Assembly (NCBI RefSeq): GCF_005696695.1
Contig: NZ_CP040006.1
Location: 1,440,001-1,472,000 of the forward strand
Direction: 5' to 3'
From: Schaalia odontolytica
GTDB lineage: Bacteria; Actinomycetota; Actinomycetes; Actinomycetales; Actinomycetaceae
DNA length: 32,000 bases
Position 1 is the first letter of the stretch. Every line of letters starts with the position of its first letter. This document shows positions 8,512-16,777 of this stretch, piece after piece. A program made the translations under genes and the position numbers. The notes beneath the pieces are model-generated. The model was given only the letters and a program-made list of their open reading frames with translations, was not told the DNA's origin and did not search any database.

Positions 8512-10154
8512 GCACCGACTCCACTGACTTCACGCTGCTGCAAGCGGCCCTGGACCTCACCAGCTCGCTGGATCTGAAGGCCGGCCTGCAGAACTTCGTG
8601 GACCAGGCCTGCGCCTTGACGTCCTCTCCGCACGCCACGCTCTCGGTCCTGGACACGTGGGGGGCCACCACCCTGCAACTCGAATTCCACGAGGACGGTC
8701 CAGTCCCCGAGGTCCCCGAGTCTCTCATGACGGCGATCCCCGCGAGCGTGCCTCTCCTCGTCAACTCGCCGTCGGACGCACCCGACCTTGATCTGCCCGC
8801 TTCCACTCCCCCGTTCCTGGGCGTCTCGATCCTCGTGCACGAGCAGGTTTACGGACGCCTGTACCTGTGCGGGAAGGCGGGCGGGTATTCGTCCGCCGAT
8901 GCCGCTGTCCTCAGCGCGCTCGCTCCCGCCGCTGGTATCGCCGTTGAAAACGCGCACCTGTACGCGGACTCGAAGCGCACCGAGCGGTGGATCAGCGCCT
9001 CTCAGTCGCTGACGACCACCATGCTGGAGGGCGCCGATGAGGAGGAGGCGCTCGAGCTCATCGCTAAGACCGTGCGCGAAGTGTCCCACGCGGACACCGC
9101 CATCATCGTCCTGCAGTCCGTGGGCGACACGTGGGCTGCCGAAATCGTCGACGGCAAGAACGCCTCCAGCCTGCTGGGTCTGACTTTCCCGCCCGAAGGC
9201 CGCGCGATGAGCGTGTTGCACGAGGGTACCGGCATGATCGTGGACTCGATGTCGCGCGCGCAGACGATGCGTGTCCCCCAGCTGGCCGCCTTCGGATCGG
9301 CCCTGTACGCGCCGCTACGTTCACGTGGCGTGTCGTCCGGTGTCCTCATTCTGCTGCGCCAGATCGGCGCACCCGAGTTCGACAGCTCCGAGCTTTCGCT
9401 CGCGGAATCCCTCGCCTCCCAGGCCACGCTTGCCCTCGAGCTTGCGTCGGCTCGCCACGCGCAGGACGTGGCCGCACTGCTGGACGAACGCGACCGTATC
9501 GGGCGCGACCTCCACGACTTTGCCATCCAGCAGCTGTTTGCGACCGGCATGGCCCTGGATGCGGCCAAGCAGAAGGTCGCAGCCGGCCAGACGGACCCGG
9601 CCGCCCTCGAGTCCCTCATCGATTCCTCGCTCGCTTCCATCGACGAGGCCGTGCGTCAGATCCGCACGATCGTGCACAACCTACGCGAGCGCGACAAGGC
9701 CGTCGGCCTGGTGGAGAGAATCCGCCGCGAATCGTCGCTGACGCGTTCCGCCCTCGGTTTTGCGCCCTCGCTGCTCATCACGCTTGACGGCAGCGCCATC
9801 AACTCGGACCTGGATAACGAGCTCGTCGTCATCGACGAGTTCGACGGTCGCGTCGACCCAGACCTGTCCGACGACGTCGTAGCAATCGTGCGCGAAGGCC
9901 TGTCTAATATCGCCCGCCACGCGCACGCGACCGCAGCCGCCGTGTGCGTCGATGTGTCGGGGCGCGGCAAATCGGGGCGCGTGCGCATCACGATCACCGA
10001 CGACGGTCGTGGCATCGACCCATCGCGTACCCGAAACTCCGGCTTGGCGAACATGGCGGAACGTGCACGACGACACCGCGGCTCGTTCGATGCCGGAAGC
10101 GGCCAGGGCGGGGTGGGCACCCAGATCCGGTGGATCGCTCCGCTTGAGGGCTGA
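8508..10154 (+). CDS. Cytoplasmic tandem-GAF sensor histidine kinase, HisKA_3/NarX-type, DevS/DosT-like
   Basis: ORF 8421..10154. I prefer ATG 8508 (MSTDSTDF...), which has AGGAGG upstream and an ATGA overlap with the cydC stop. FLGVSILVHEQVYGRLYLCGK...AAGIAVENAHLYADSKRTERWISASQSLTT resembles the DevS GAF-A/GAF-B junction. H-box DRIGRDLHDFAIQQLF, N-box VREGLSNIARHA, G-boxes ITDDGRGI and NSGLANMAERA. No TM segments seen. Confidence 0.85.
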   Translation: MSTDSTDFTLLQAALDLTSSLDLKAGLQNFVDQACALTSSPHATLSVLDTWGATTLQLEFHEDGPVPEVPESLMTAIPASVPLLVNSPSDAPDLDLPASTPPFLGVSILVHEQVYGRLYLCGKAGGYSSADAAVLSALAPAAGIAVENAHLYADSKRTERWISASQSLTTTMLEGADEEEALELIAKTVREVSHADTAIIVLQSVGDTWAAEIVDGKNASSLLGLTFPPEGRAMSVLHEGTGMIVDSMSRAQTMRVPQLAAFGSALYAPLRSRGVSSGVLILLRQIGAPEFDSSELSLAESLASQATLALELASARHAQDVAALLDERDRIGRDLHDFAIQQLFATGMALDAAKQKVAAGQTDPAALESLIDSSLASIDEAVRQIRTIVHNLRERDKAVGLVERIRRESSLTRSALGFAPSLLITLDGSAINSDLDNELVVIDEFDGRVDPDLSDDVVAIVREGLSNIARHAHATAAAVCVDVSGRGKSGRVRITITDDGRGIDPSRTRNSGLANMAERARRHRGSFDAGSGQGGVGTQIRWIAPLEG

Positions 10155-10178
10155 CCAGACACACACGCACAACACGAC

Positions 10179-10217
10179 GGTGGGGGTGGACGTTCCGATT
10201 GGAACTCCACCCCCACC
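10179..10217. terminator. Bidirectional hairpin between the convergent kinase and fucosidase genes
   Basis: ggtgggggtgga-c-gttcc gatt ggaac-tccacccccacc gives 17 bp with one bulged C. No clean U-tract on either side. A second small hairpin cgggag/ctcccg lies at 10227-10245. Confidence 0.65.
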
Positions 10218-10260
10218 GCGTGCGGACGGGAGTTGTTATCTCCCGGCTCTCAGCTGAGCA

Positions 10261-13200
10261 TCAGCCCAGCCAGCGTCCGTCACTGCCGAAGGTGTACCAG
10301 CGCCACCCAATCCAGTGGCCGCCCGTGTACATGTCGCCTCCGGTCCCGAAGTAGTACCAGGCGCCGCCGATCTGCTGCCATCCGGTGGCCATCTGGCCCG
10401 AGGCACCGAAGTAGTACCAGGTACTTCCCAGCGGCTTCCATCCGATCGTCATGGCGCCACTGTCGCTCATCAGGTACCAGTGCGAGCCCATCTGAAGCCA
10501 GCCGGTGTGCATCGCGCCGGACGGATCCAGGTAGTACCACGCGCCGCCCGTGTAGAGCCAGCCGGTCATCATGACACCGTTAGAGGCGAAGAAGAACCAC
10601 TTGTCTCCCACCATCTGCCAGCCGGTGACCATCACGCCAGTCTCTGGCGTCAGGTAGAACCACGAGCCACCCAGGTTGACCCATCCGGTGACCTGCGCTC
10701 CAGCGCCGTTGTGGTAGCGCCACGCGCCATCCCAGTAGACCCAGCCGGTGAGCATGTAGCCGTTCTGGTCGAAGCGGTACACGTTGCCACCGAGCGTGAG
10801 GGTCTCGTTCTTGGCGTAGCCGCCGGCGCTGATCTTCCACCACCAGCCGGCGCCGTCGTTCATCCAGGTGCCCACCGTGTGATCGGGAGCGGGTGCAGGA
10901 TCCGGGGTCGGATCAGGCGTGGGGGCGGGATCCGGGGTCGGATCCGGGCTGGGCTCGGGCTCGGGTGCCGGCTCCTCGGCCAGGGCGAGGGTCACGAGAC
11001 CCGATTCAGCGAACCCGGCCTCGTTCATGGCCATGACGCGGATGACCGAGCCGTTGTTCTCTCCGTCGATCGTGAGGGTCAGCTCGGGGCCGTTCTCCTC
11101 TTCGACGATGGCCCACGAGTCGGTGCCCTCGCGCTTGATCTGCCAGAACAGGGTCGGGGTGGGCTTGCCGCTCGCCTCGGCCTTGATCGTGACCTGCGTG
11201 CCTTCCTTCGCCGTCACGGTGCGGAAGGCGCCATCGCCGGAGATCTGTGCGTCTTCGGCGGGGTTGGCGGTGACGGTCAGCGGCTTGATGACCGGGGGTT
11301 CCTGATCGCCGGGATCCGGGGTCGGTGCAGCAGCCGCGAAGGCCTCGACCTCCGCGAGCGCGAACTCGCCGAACTCAGTGGGCTGGATGACGCGGATGAA
11401 GCGAGCATCGAAGCCCTCGAAGTCGACCGCGCTCGGGCGGCCGCCGACTCCGTCGACCTTGATCATATGGACGCCGTCAACAGCGCCGGCCGTGGCGGGG
11501 TTGAAGGAAGCGTCGAGGCGCGTCTCGGAGGCGACGACCCAGAAGTCGTGCAGGCGCTGGTCGCAGGAGATTCCCTGGCAGTTGTCAGAGGAGGAGCGGT
11601 TCCAGACGTTGACGACACCCAGGGGGTGGGTTTCGCCGAGGTCGACCTCCCACCAGGGGTTGGCCTGCTTGCCGGTGTGGGCGACCGAGCCGTTGTCCCA
11701 CACGCCGTCCGTGTTGCCATCGACGGCGCGCGAAGCGGTACCGCCCCAGCCGGTCGAAGACATGGTGGCCGTCTTGTTGAGTGCGAGGTTGTCGCTGCCC
11801 TTGGTGACGGTCAGGGTCGCACGCTGGGAGGTCGTGGAGCCGTTGGCGTTCGTGGCGACGGCGTAGAACTGCGCGCCGTCATCCTCGAGCGTCGTGGTCA
11901 GGGTGTACATGGCGTTCGTAGCGTCCGGAATCGCCGTTCCTTCGCTTGCGCCCTTGGGGACGCGGTACCACTGGATGGTGGCGGCCGGTCGGCCCGAGGC
12001 GACGACGGTGAAGGTGGCGCTCTCCCCCGCCTTGACGGAGACCGAGGAGGGGTTCGTGGCGATGACGGGCGGCTGGGTGGCCGCGTTCTCGCCGTAAACG
12101 TGCAGGGTCGCGCTCACGGAGCGCAGGCCGATCGGGTTGGCGTAGTAGGAGGGGTGTGCCAGTTCGAGGCGCATGGGCGTGACCTTGCCGGGCTCGAGGC
12201 TGAGGCCCTCGCCGACTTCGCCGGCCTCAATCTGCGCGCCGGTCACCTCGATGGAGGTGGTCCCGAGGGTGATCTTGTAGGTCGTGGAGGCGTCGAAGTT
12301 GCCCGAGAACTTCAGGGCGAGGTCGGTGATGGCCTTGTCCGTCTTGTTCACGAGGTAGGCGTCGTAGGCCTGTGCGCCGGAGTAGCGCAGTGCGGAGGCG
12401 CGTCCGAAGAACTGCTCCGAGGAGATGGTCGCGCCGTCGACGGCGGTGACCGTCTGCGTGGGCACATAGGTGGGTGCGGCATCGAAGCTGACCTTGACGA
12501 CGGGGCGCAGGTTCGGCTCCGGGTTCTCACCCGACATGGTCACCGTGAGCGTGGTGCCGTCCTGAGTGAACTCGAGGGAGCGGTCGGTGCCATCAACGGT
12601 CACACCGGTGACGTGGCCACCGACGCTGGGAAGCGTCAGCGTCTTGCCGGGGCTCCACAGCTCGGGGAAGAAGTACAGGTCGTTGCCCTTGGTCATGACC
12701 TTGCCCCAGGCGGGGGCGGGGTACCACGTCGGGCGAGCTCCCGTAATGGCGTCGGGGTGACGCTGCATCCACTGGCCGACCTCGGTGACGACGCCGGCGT
12801 CGAAGGCCTCGATCGTGCCGTCCCCCTTGGGGCCGATGTTGTAGGCGAACTGGCCGCCCGAGGCGACCGTGCCGATGAGGTTGTTGACCAGCTCGCGTTC
12901 CTTGTAGCTCTTCGCGCTATCGTCGCGGTTCGCCCACGAGCAATATCCCCAGCATGCGGGGTAGATCGAGCGAATCGACTCCCAGGGACCCATGTGGAAG
13001 TCCGTGGTCACCGAGTTGTCGCCGCCGACCTCGAAGTCGCCGGCCTTGTTCCACACGCGCGAGTTGACCATCGTCTCGGGCTGGAGCTCGTGGACCCACT
13101 GAGCCATGCGCTGAGACTGCTCGGCGGTGGGGCCGCCCATGTCGAACCACAGCTCGGCGATCGGGCCGTAGTTGGTGAGGAGCTCGGTCAGCTGGGGCTT

Positions 13201-13809
13201 GATGACGGTTGTCATCAGGTCCTCATCGATGGGGTTGACGTTGCCGTAGGGCTCGGGGGTCTGCTTGGTCCAGTCGATGATCGAGAAGTAGAAGGCGAGC
13301 TTGACGCCGAGCTTGTTGCACTCGGTGGACAGCTCCTTCATCGGATCCTTGCCGTAGTTGGACTGCTTGACGATGTTGTAGTCGGTCGTCTTCGTGTCCC
13401 ACATGGCGAAGCCGTCGTGGTGCTTCGACGTAATCATCAGGTACTTCATACCCGAGTCGTGGACCGTCTTGCAGATGGCGGAGGCATCGAAGTTCGCGGC
13501 CAGATCCTTGGCCTTGAGCAGGTAGTCGTCGGTGGGGATGTTCTCCCAGGCCTTGATCTGCTCGGGGTAGCCCATGCCCTGGCGGTGGCCGTTGTAGTAG
13601 CCGCCGTAGACGGAGTAGACGCCGAAGTGCATGAACATGCCGTACTGGAGTTCTTGCCACTTGGCGATCTTGGGGGTGGAGCTCAGTGGTACCGCTGCGG
13701 GGACGCCGGTAGGCGCTGGTGCTGCGTCAGCAAAACTGGGGGCGCTCATGGGTGCGAGCACCAGTGCCGTAGCGACCGCACAACCGGCAAGCATTCGCTT
13801 GAGGTTCAC
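10261..13809 (-). CDS. Secreted multidomain GH29 alpha-L-fucosidase with lectin-like, Ig-like and cell-wall-binding repeat domains
   Basis: ORF 10261..13926. I prefer GTG 13809 (AAGGA 6 nt upstream), which gives the signal peptide VNLKRMLAGCAVATALVLAPMSAPSFA/DA. GH29 hallmarks: YGMFMHFGVYS, MITSKHHDGFAMWDT, AELWFDMGG. An NPWWEVDL-type F5/8-C / F-type-lectin-like module spans about nt 11338-11793. Two Ig-like modules (about 11803-12075 and 10981-11298). Confidence 0.9.
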   Translation of the reverse strand: MNLKRMLAGCAVATALVLAPMSAPSFADAAPAPTGVPAAVPLSSTPKIAKWQELQYGMFMHFGVYSVYGGYYNGHRQGMGYPEQIKAWENIPTDDYLLKAKDLAANFDASAICKTVHDSGMKYLMITSKHHDGFAMWDTKTTDYNIVKQSNYGKDPMKELSTECNKLGVKLAFYFSIIDWTKQTPEPYGNVNPIDEDLMTTVIKPQLTELLTNYGPIAELWFDMGGPTAEQSQRMAQWVHELQPETMVNSRVWNKAGDFEVGGDNSVTTDFHMGPWESIRSIYPACWGYCSWANRDDSAKSYKERELVNNLIGTVASGGQFAYNIGPKGDGTIEAFDAGVVTEVGQWMQRHPDAITGARPTWYPAPAWGKVMTKGNDLYFFPELWSPGKTLTLPSVGGHVTGVTVDGTDRSLEFTQDGTTLTVTMSGENPEPNLRPVVKVSFDAAPTYVPTQTVTAVDGATISSEQFFGRASALRYSGAQAYDAYLVNKTDKAITDLALKFSGNFDASTTYKITLGTTSIEVTGAQIEAGEVGEGLSLEPGKVTPMRLELAHPSYYANPIGLRSVSATLHVYGENAATQPPVIATNPSSVSVKAGESATFTVVASGRPAATIQWYRVPKGASEGTAIPDATNAMYTLTTTLEDDGAQFYAVATNANGSTTSQRATLTVTKGSDNLALNKTATMSSTGWGGTASRAVDGNTDGVWDNGSVAHTGKQANPWWEVDLGETHPLGVVNVWNRSSSDNCQGISCDQRLHDFWVVASETRLDASFNPATAGAVDGVHMIKVDGVGGRPSAVDFEGFDARFIRVIQPTEFGEFALAEVEAFAAAAPTPDPGDQEPPVIKPLTVTANPAEDAQISGDGAFRTVTAKEGTQVTIKAEASGKPTPTLFWQIKREGTDSWAIVEEENGPELTLTIDGENNGSVIRVMAMNEAGFAESGLVTLALAEEPAPEPEPSPDPTPDPAPTPDPTPDPAPAPDHTVGTWMNDGAGWWWKISAGGYAKNETLTLGGNVYRFDQNGYMLTGWVYWDGAWRYHNGAGAQVTGWVNLGGSWFYLTPETGVMVTGWQMVGDKWFFFASNGVMMTGWLYTGGAWYYLDPSGAMHTGWLQMGSHWYLMSDSGAMTIGWKPLGSTWYYFGASGQMATGWQQIGGAWYYFGTGGDMYTGGHWIGWRWYTFGSDGRWLG
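10264..10878 (-). repeat. About 10 tandem 20-aa aromatic-Gly repeats (choline-binding / CW_binding_1 type) forming the fucosidase C-terminus
   Basis: Examples: GWVYWDGAWRYHNGAGAQVT, GWVNLGGSWFYLTPETGVMVT, GWQMVGDKWFFFASNGVMMT, GWLYTGGAWYYLDPSGAMHT, GWKPLGSTWYYFGASGQMAT, GWQQIGGAWYYFGTGGDMYT. A 60-63-nt DNA periodicity is visible as recurring (g/c)cca(g/t)ccggtg. Confidence 0.85.
10879..10977 (-). repeat. Pro/Asp/Thr linker (EPAPEPEPSPDPTPDPAPTPDPTPDPAPAPD) with a 30-nt DNA direct repeat
   Basis: ggatccggggtcggatc occurs at 10898-10914 and again at 10928-10944. Confidence 0.85.
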
Positions 13810-13990
13810 GGGGTGTCCTTTCAAGGGGTAATGGTGGACGACAGTGTCCGTCCTCAACGGTGAGGATGAGGCGAACGTTACCCCACAGGGCTTTTCCATA
13901 AACCAGTTTGATAGTAGCTTTCTCACAAATCAGGGATACCCCCGATTAGCACACAACTAGACGCGCGGGAAATAAGCCGAACGCGGCACA

Positions 13991-14026
13991 CAAAAGCCGA
14001 GCGGGCCGGATAATTCCGACCCGCTC
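13991..14026 (-). terminator. Intrinsic terminator after the response-regulator gene
   Basis: Stem gagcgggccgga (13999-14010) pairs with tccgacccgctc (14015-14026), 11 of 12 bp, loop taat. On the minus strand it is followed by GGCTTTTGTGTG. Confidence 0.7.
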
Positions 14027-14062
14027 GTGTTCGTCTCGCCCCATCCAGGACGAGGCAGTGGC

Positions 14063-14710
14063 TCAGTTGCGCCAGGACGCCGCCCTCTGCCCGGCCACCC
14101 ACGCGGCCACCTGCGTGCGGCGCTGCAGGCCCATCTTCGACAGCAGAGAGGTGATGTGGTTCTTCACGGTCTTTTCCGCGACACCCAGCTTCTCGCCGAT
14201 CTCGCGGTTCGACAGGCCATCGCCGATCAGGTCCAGGACCTTGCGCTCCGACGGCGTCAGGTCGGCGGTCGGATCCTCGTGATCGACGCGGCGACGCGTC
14301 AGAGTGCGCTCGTCGAGCAGCACGCGACCGTCAGCGACCGCCTTGATCACGTCGGTGATTTCCGCGCCGCGCACGGTCTTGAGGATGTACGCACGGGCAC
14401 CCGCTTCGAGGGACTCAGCCAGGGCCTCGTCGTCGTCGAAGGAGGTAAGCACGACGGGGAGGATCTGCGGGTGGGAGGAACGCAGTCGATTCATGATGTC
14501 GATACCGGTGCCGTCGGGCAGCTGCAGGTCCACCAGGATCACGTCGGGACGCACCAGGTCGGCGCGACGCACGGCATCAGCAACGGAGCCGGCCTCGGCG
14601 ACAACCTCGAGGTCGTCGTCGCGGTCGACGATCTCGGCAATGCCACGTCGAACGATCTCGTGGTCGTCAATGATCATGACGCGCGTACGCGCAGACGTAT
14701 TTTCACTCAC
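14063..14710 (-). CDS. NarL/LuxR-family response regulator, DosR(DevR)-like
   Basis: GTG start. Receiver domain VMIIDDHEIVRRGI...EAGSVADAV...RPDVILVDLQLPDGTGI...VVLTSF. HTH LTPSERKVLDLIGDGLSNREIGEKLGVAEKTVKNHITSLLSKMGLQRRTQVA. Block-by-block resemblance to M. tuberculosis DevR as I recall it. Confidence 0.85.
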   Translation of the reverse strand: MSENTSARTRVMIIDDHEIVRRGIAEIVDRDDDLEVVAEAGSVADAVRRADLVRPDVILVDLQLPDGTGIDIMNRLRSSHPQILPVVLTSFDDDEALAESLEAGARAYILKTVRGAEITDVIKAVADGRVLLDERTLTRRRVDHEDPTADLTPSERKVLDLIGDGLSNREIGEKLGVAEKTVKNHITSLLSKMGLQRRTQVAAWVAGQRAASWRN

Positions 14711-14755
14711 GTGTCGATTCTAACCGTCGGGAGGGCAAACGCCCTCGTGTACTTA

Positions 14756-15478
14756 CTACTTCTCGGGAGACAGGCGGCTCATCGCATCCTGCGCGGCCGC
14801 GTTCTCCGCGTGCTTCTTCGACGAGGCCTGCCCCGAGCCGATCGGATCGGGGCGCGCGGAGACGAAAGCGCGGGCCGTGAACACGCGCTGATGATCCGGC
14901 CCCTCCCCCTCGACCTCGTAGGAGACCTCGCCCAGGCCCTGAGCCTGCGCGTATTCGATAAGGATCGTCTTCCAGTCCTGGTGCTGGCCGCGCGAGGGGG
15001 CGTCCACCAGGAGGAAGCTCAGGCGCTCAAGGATGACCCGGCGCGCCTCTTCCAGGCCGCTGGTCAGATAGGTCGCGCCGATGAGAGCCTCGAAGGTGTC
15101 GGACAGGATCGAATCCTTATCGCGTCCGCCGTGCATCGACTCGCCCTTGCCCAGGAACACGAAGTCACCCAGGCCGATGCGGCGGGCGGCGGCAGCCAGG
15201 GGCTGCTGGGAAACGGTCGCGGCACGCATACGCGATAGGTCCGACTCTGCCACGTCCGGGTACTCCTCGTAGAGCTTCTGCGCGATCACGATCGACAGGA
15301 CCGAGTCGCCCAGAAACTCGAGGCGCTCGTTATTCGCGATGCCCCCGGCCTCGTTCGCGTAGGAGCGGTGCACGAGCGCCAGCTGCAGGAGTGGGGCGTC
15401 GATGCGGGTCCCCCACGCCTCCACCAGCGCCTCCGTGTCGGTACGCGGAGGAACGGGCAGGTGCTTGGAACGACTCAT
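14756..15478 (-). CDS. rnc: Ribonuclease III
   Basis: Signature NERLEFLGDSVLSIVIA, DTFEALIGATYL, and a C-terminal dsRBD (DWKTILIEYAQ...). TGATG 1-nt overlap with the upstream gene. Confidence 0.95.
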   Translation of the reverse strand: MSRSKHLPVPPRTDTEALVEAWGTRIDAPLLQLALVHRSYANEAGGIANNERLEFLGDSVLSIVIAQKLYEEYPDVAESDLSRMRAATVSQQPLAAAARRIGLGDFVFLGKGESMHGGRDKDSILSDTFEALIGATYLTSGLEEARRVILERLSFLLVDAPSRGQHQDWKTILIEYAQAQGLGEVSYEVEGEGPDHQRVFTARAFVSARPDPIGSGQASSKKHAENAAAQDAMSRLSPEK

Positions 15479-16044
15479 CAGGATCGCCCCGGCTCGGCGT
15501 CGTCGCCCAGCAGGGAGGCCAGGGATGCCAGGCGCGGGTCGACGACAAAGTGCTCATGGTCGGAAGGCAGATCCGCCCACTTCTCGCCGCAGACGTCGCA
15601 CAGGCCCGCGCAATCCTCGCTGCACAGCGGGCGCGGATCCACGAGGGGAACGATCGCATCGCGCAGCTGCGTCTCGATGTCGACGGTGTCGCGCTCGCCG
15701 ATGACGAACAGGTCCTCGACCTCCTCGTCGTCCTCGGAGGGGGTCAGGGCGGGCGCGTCGGCCTCGAAGTAGACCTCCGCGCTGGAGACGTCGTGATGGT
15801 CGCGCACCTCGTCGAGGCAGCGCACGCACTCCCCGATGAGATCCACGGAGGTGGCAAGCTGAACGAGCACGCCGTCCTCGACGCTGGTGAAGTCCACCGA
15901 CACGTCCAGGGGGACGCCGGGGACGGCCGACATGGAGGGTGTGCCCAGGTCGTCGGGGGTCACCCACACGAGGTCCTGGTGCAGCGTCGATCCCAGGGCG
16001 CGCGGCAGGCGCGCCAGGGACAGGGTCAGGGAATTGTCACTCAT
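15478..16044 (-). CDS. YceD/DUF177-family protein
   Basis: Acidic protein with the C-terminal CxxxCxGLCxxCG motif (CSEDCAGLCDVCGEKW). Conserved position upstream of rnc in actinobacteria. Confidence 0.8.
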   Translation of the reverse strand: MSDNSLTLSLARLPRALGSTLHQDLVWVTPDDLGTPSMSAVPGVPLDVSVDFTSVEDGVLVQLATSVDLIGECVRCLDEVRDHHDVSSAEVYFEADAPALTPSEDDEEVEDLFVIGERDTVDIETQLRDAIVPLVDPRPLCSEDCAGLCDVCGEKWADLPSDHEHFVVDPRLASLASLLGDDAEPGRS

Positions 16045-16747
16045 TGGTCAGATCCACATCGGTAACGTCGACGCCGCGGCGCTCCGCGATCGTGCGACGT
16101 CCAGCGTCGGTGCGACGCGCGAGGTCGGAGATGAGGTGGGCAAGCTCGTCCAGCGAGGAGGCCACGTAGTCGTCCGCGCCTTCACGCAGGGAGGCTGCCG
16201 AGCGCTTGGCCTCGGAGACAATCTCGCGGGCGCGATCCTCGGCCATGCGCACGATGTTCTCGGTGGAGACGATGCGGGCGGCCTGAGCGTTCGCGTCGGC
16301 GATCGTGGCCTCGGCATCCGAGCGAGCCTGCGAAACGAGCGCGGTGGCCTCGTCGTTTGCGCGCGAGCGGGTTCGCTCGGCTTCTTCCTCAGCATCGGCG
16401 AGGATCTGAGCGGCGCGCTCGTTGGCCTGGTCGAGGGTCGAGGAGGCGCGCGAGTTTGCCTCGGCGATGCGGGTCTCGGCGGCAGAATCGGCGCGTCCCA
16501 GGACGGCGTCCGCGTCGGCGACGACGGCATCGGCGGCCACGAGGTCCTCCGGCAGAGCCTCGCGGGCCTGGTCGAGCAGGTCGAGGATCTCGGCCTTGTT
16601 GACCATGATCGAGGCCGACAGGGGCACCGCACGCGAAGACTCGACAAGGTCCTCAATCTGGTCGAGGGCGGCGATCACGGTGGAGGGACCGTAGACGGTT
16701 TCCTCGTTCCACTCGTCCTGAGTCTGGTTGTCGGTCGTGTCAGCCAT
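16037..16747 (-). CDS. DivIVA-like coiled-coil protein, SepIVA (Rv2927c)-like
   Basis: ORF 16037..16774. I prefer ATG 16747 (AGGAGG upstream). ALDQIEDLVESSRAVPLSASIMVNKAEILDLLDQAREALPEDL followed by Ala/Asp/Glu/Arg-rich heptad-like repeats. Resembles Rv2927c as I recall it, and the neighbourhood is the same. Confidence 0.7.
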   Translation of the reverse strand: MADTTDNQTQDEWNEETVYGPSTVIAALDQIEDLVESSRAVPLSASIMVNKAEILDLLDQAREALPEDLVAADAVVADADAVLGRADSAAETRIAEANSRASSTLDQANERAAQILADAEEEAERTRSRANDEATALVSQARSDAEATIADANAQAARIVSTENIVRMAEDRAREIVSEAKRSAASLREGADDYVASSLDELAHLISDLARRTDAGRRTIAERRGVDVTDVDLTNE

Positions 16748-16777
16748 GGCTGCCTCCTGCGTTCCACCGGGCATTAT

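Noticed and set aside
10315-13863. 1182-aa plus-strand ORF covering almost the entire fucosidase gene
   Set aside because: It uses exactly the same triplet boundaries as the minus-strand gene. It is interrupted only where the real gene uses TTA, CTA or TCA codons, which are rare at this GC3. The product is low-complexity Gly/Arg/Ala/Val with no motifs, while the minus-strand product has clear GH29 and repeat motifs.
13810-13926. N-terminal extensions offered by the ORF track: fucosidase 13810-13926, cydA 2237-2284, kinase 8421-8507, SepIVA-like 16748-16774, coaD 17249-17401, DAK2 21656-21715, putA 25797-25853, thiL 29512-29592
   Set aside because: In each case a downstream start has a proper SD and/or a stop-start overlap, and it reproduces the conserved family N-terminus or a signal peptide. 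The extensions overlap neighbouring genes or are Arg/Pro-rich junk.
10155-14062. Fucosidase locus as a mobile element or recent genomic island
   Set aside because: There is no integrase, transposase or tRNA. I could see no flanking direct repeats. Base composition and codon style look like the neighbours. Only the accessory nature of the gene and its position between two terminators hint at insertion.
14729-14748. gagggc-aaac-gccctc hairpin between rnc and the regulator gene read as a DosR-type box
   Set aside because: The half-sites (AGGGC/GCCCT) and their register do not align with GGGAC-N4-GTCCC. It is more simply a weak stem-loop.
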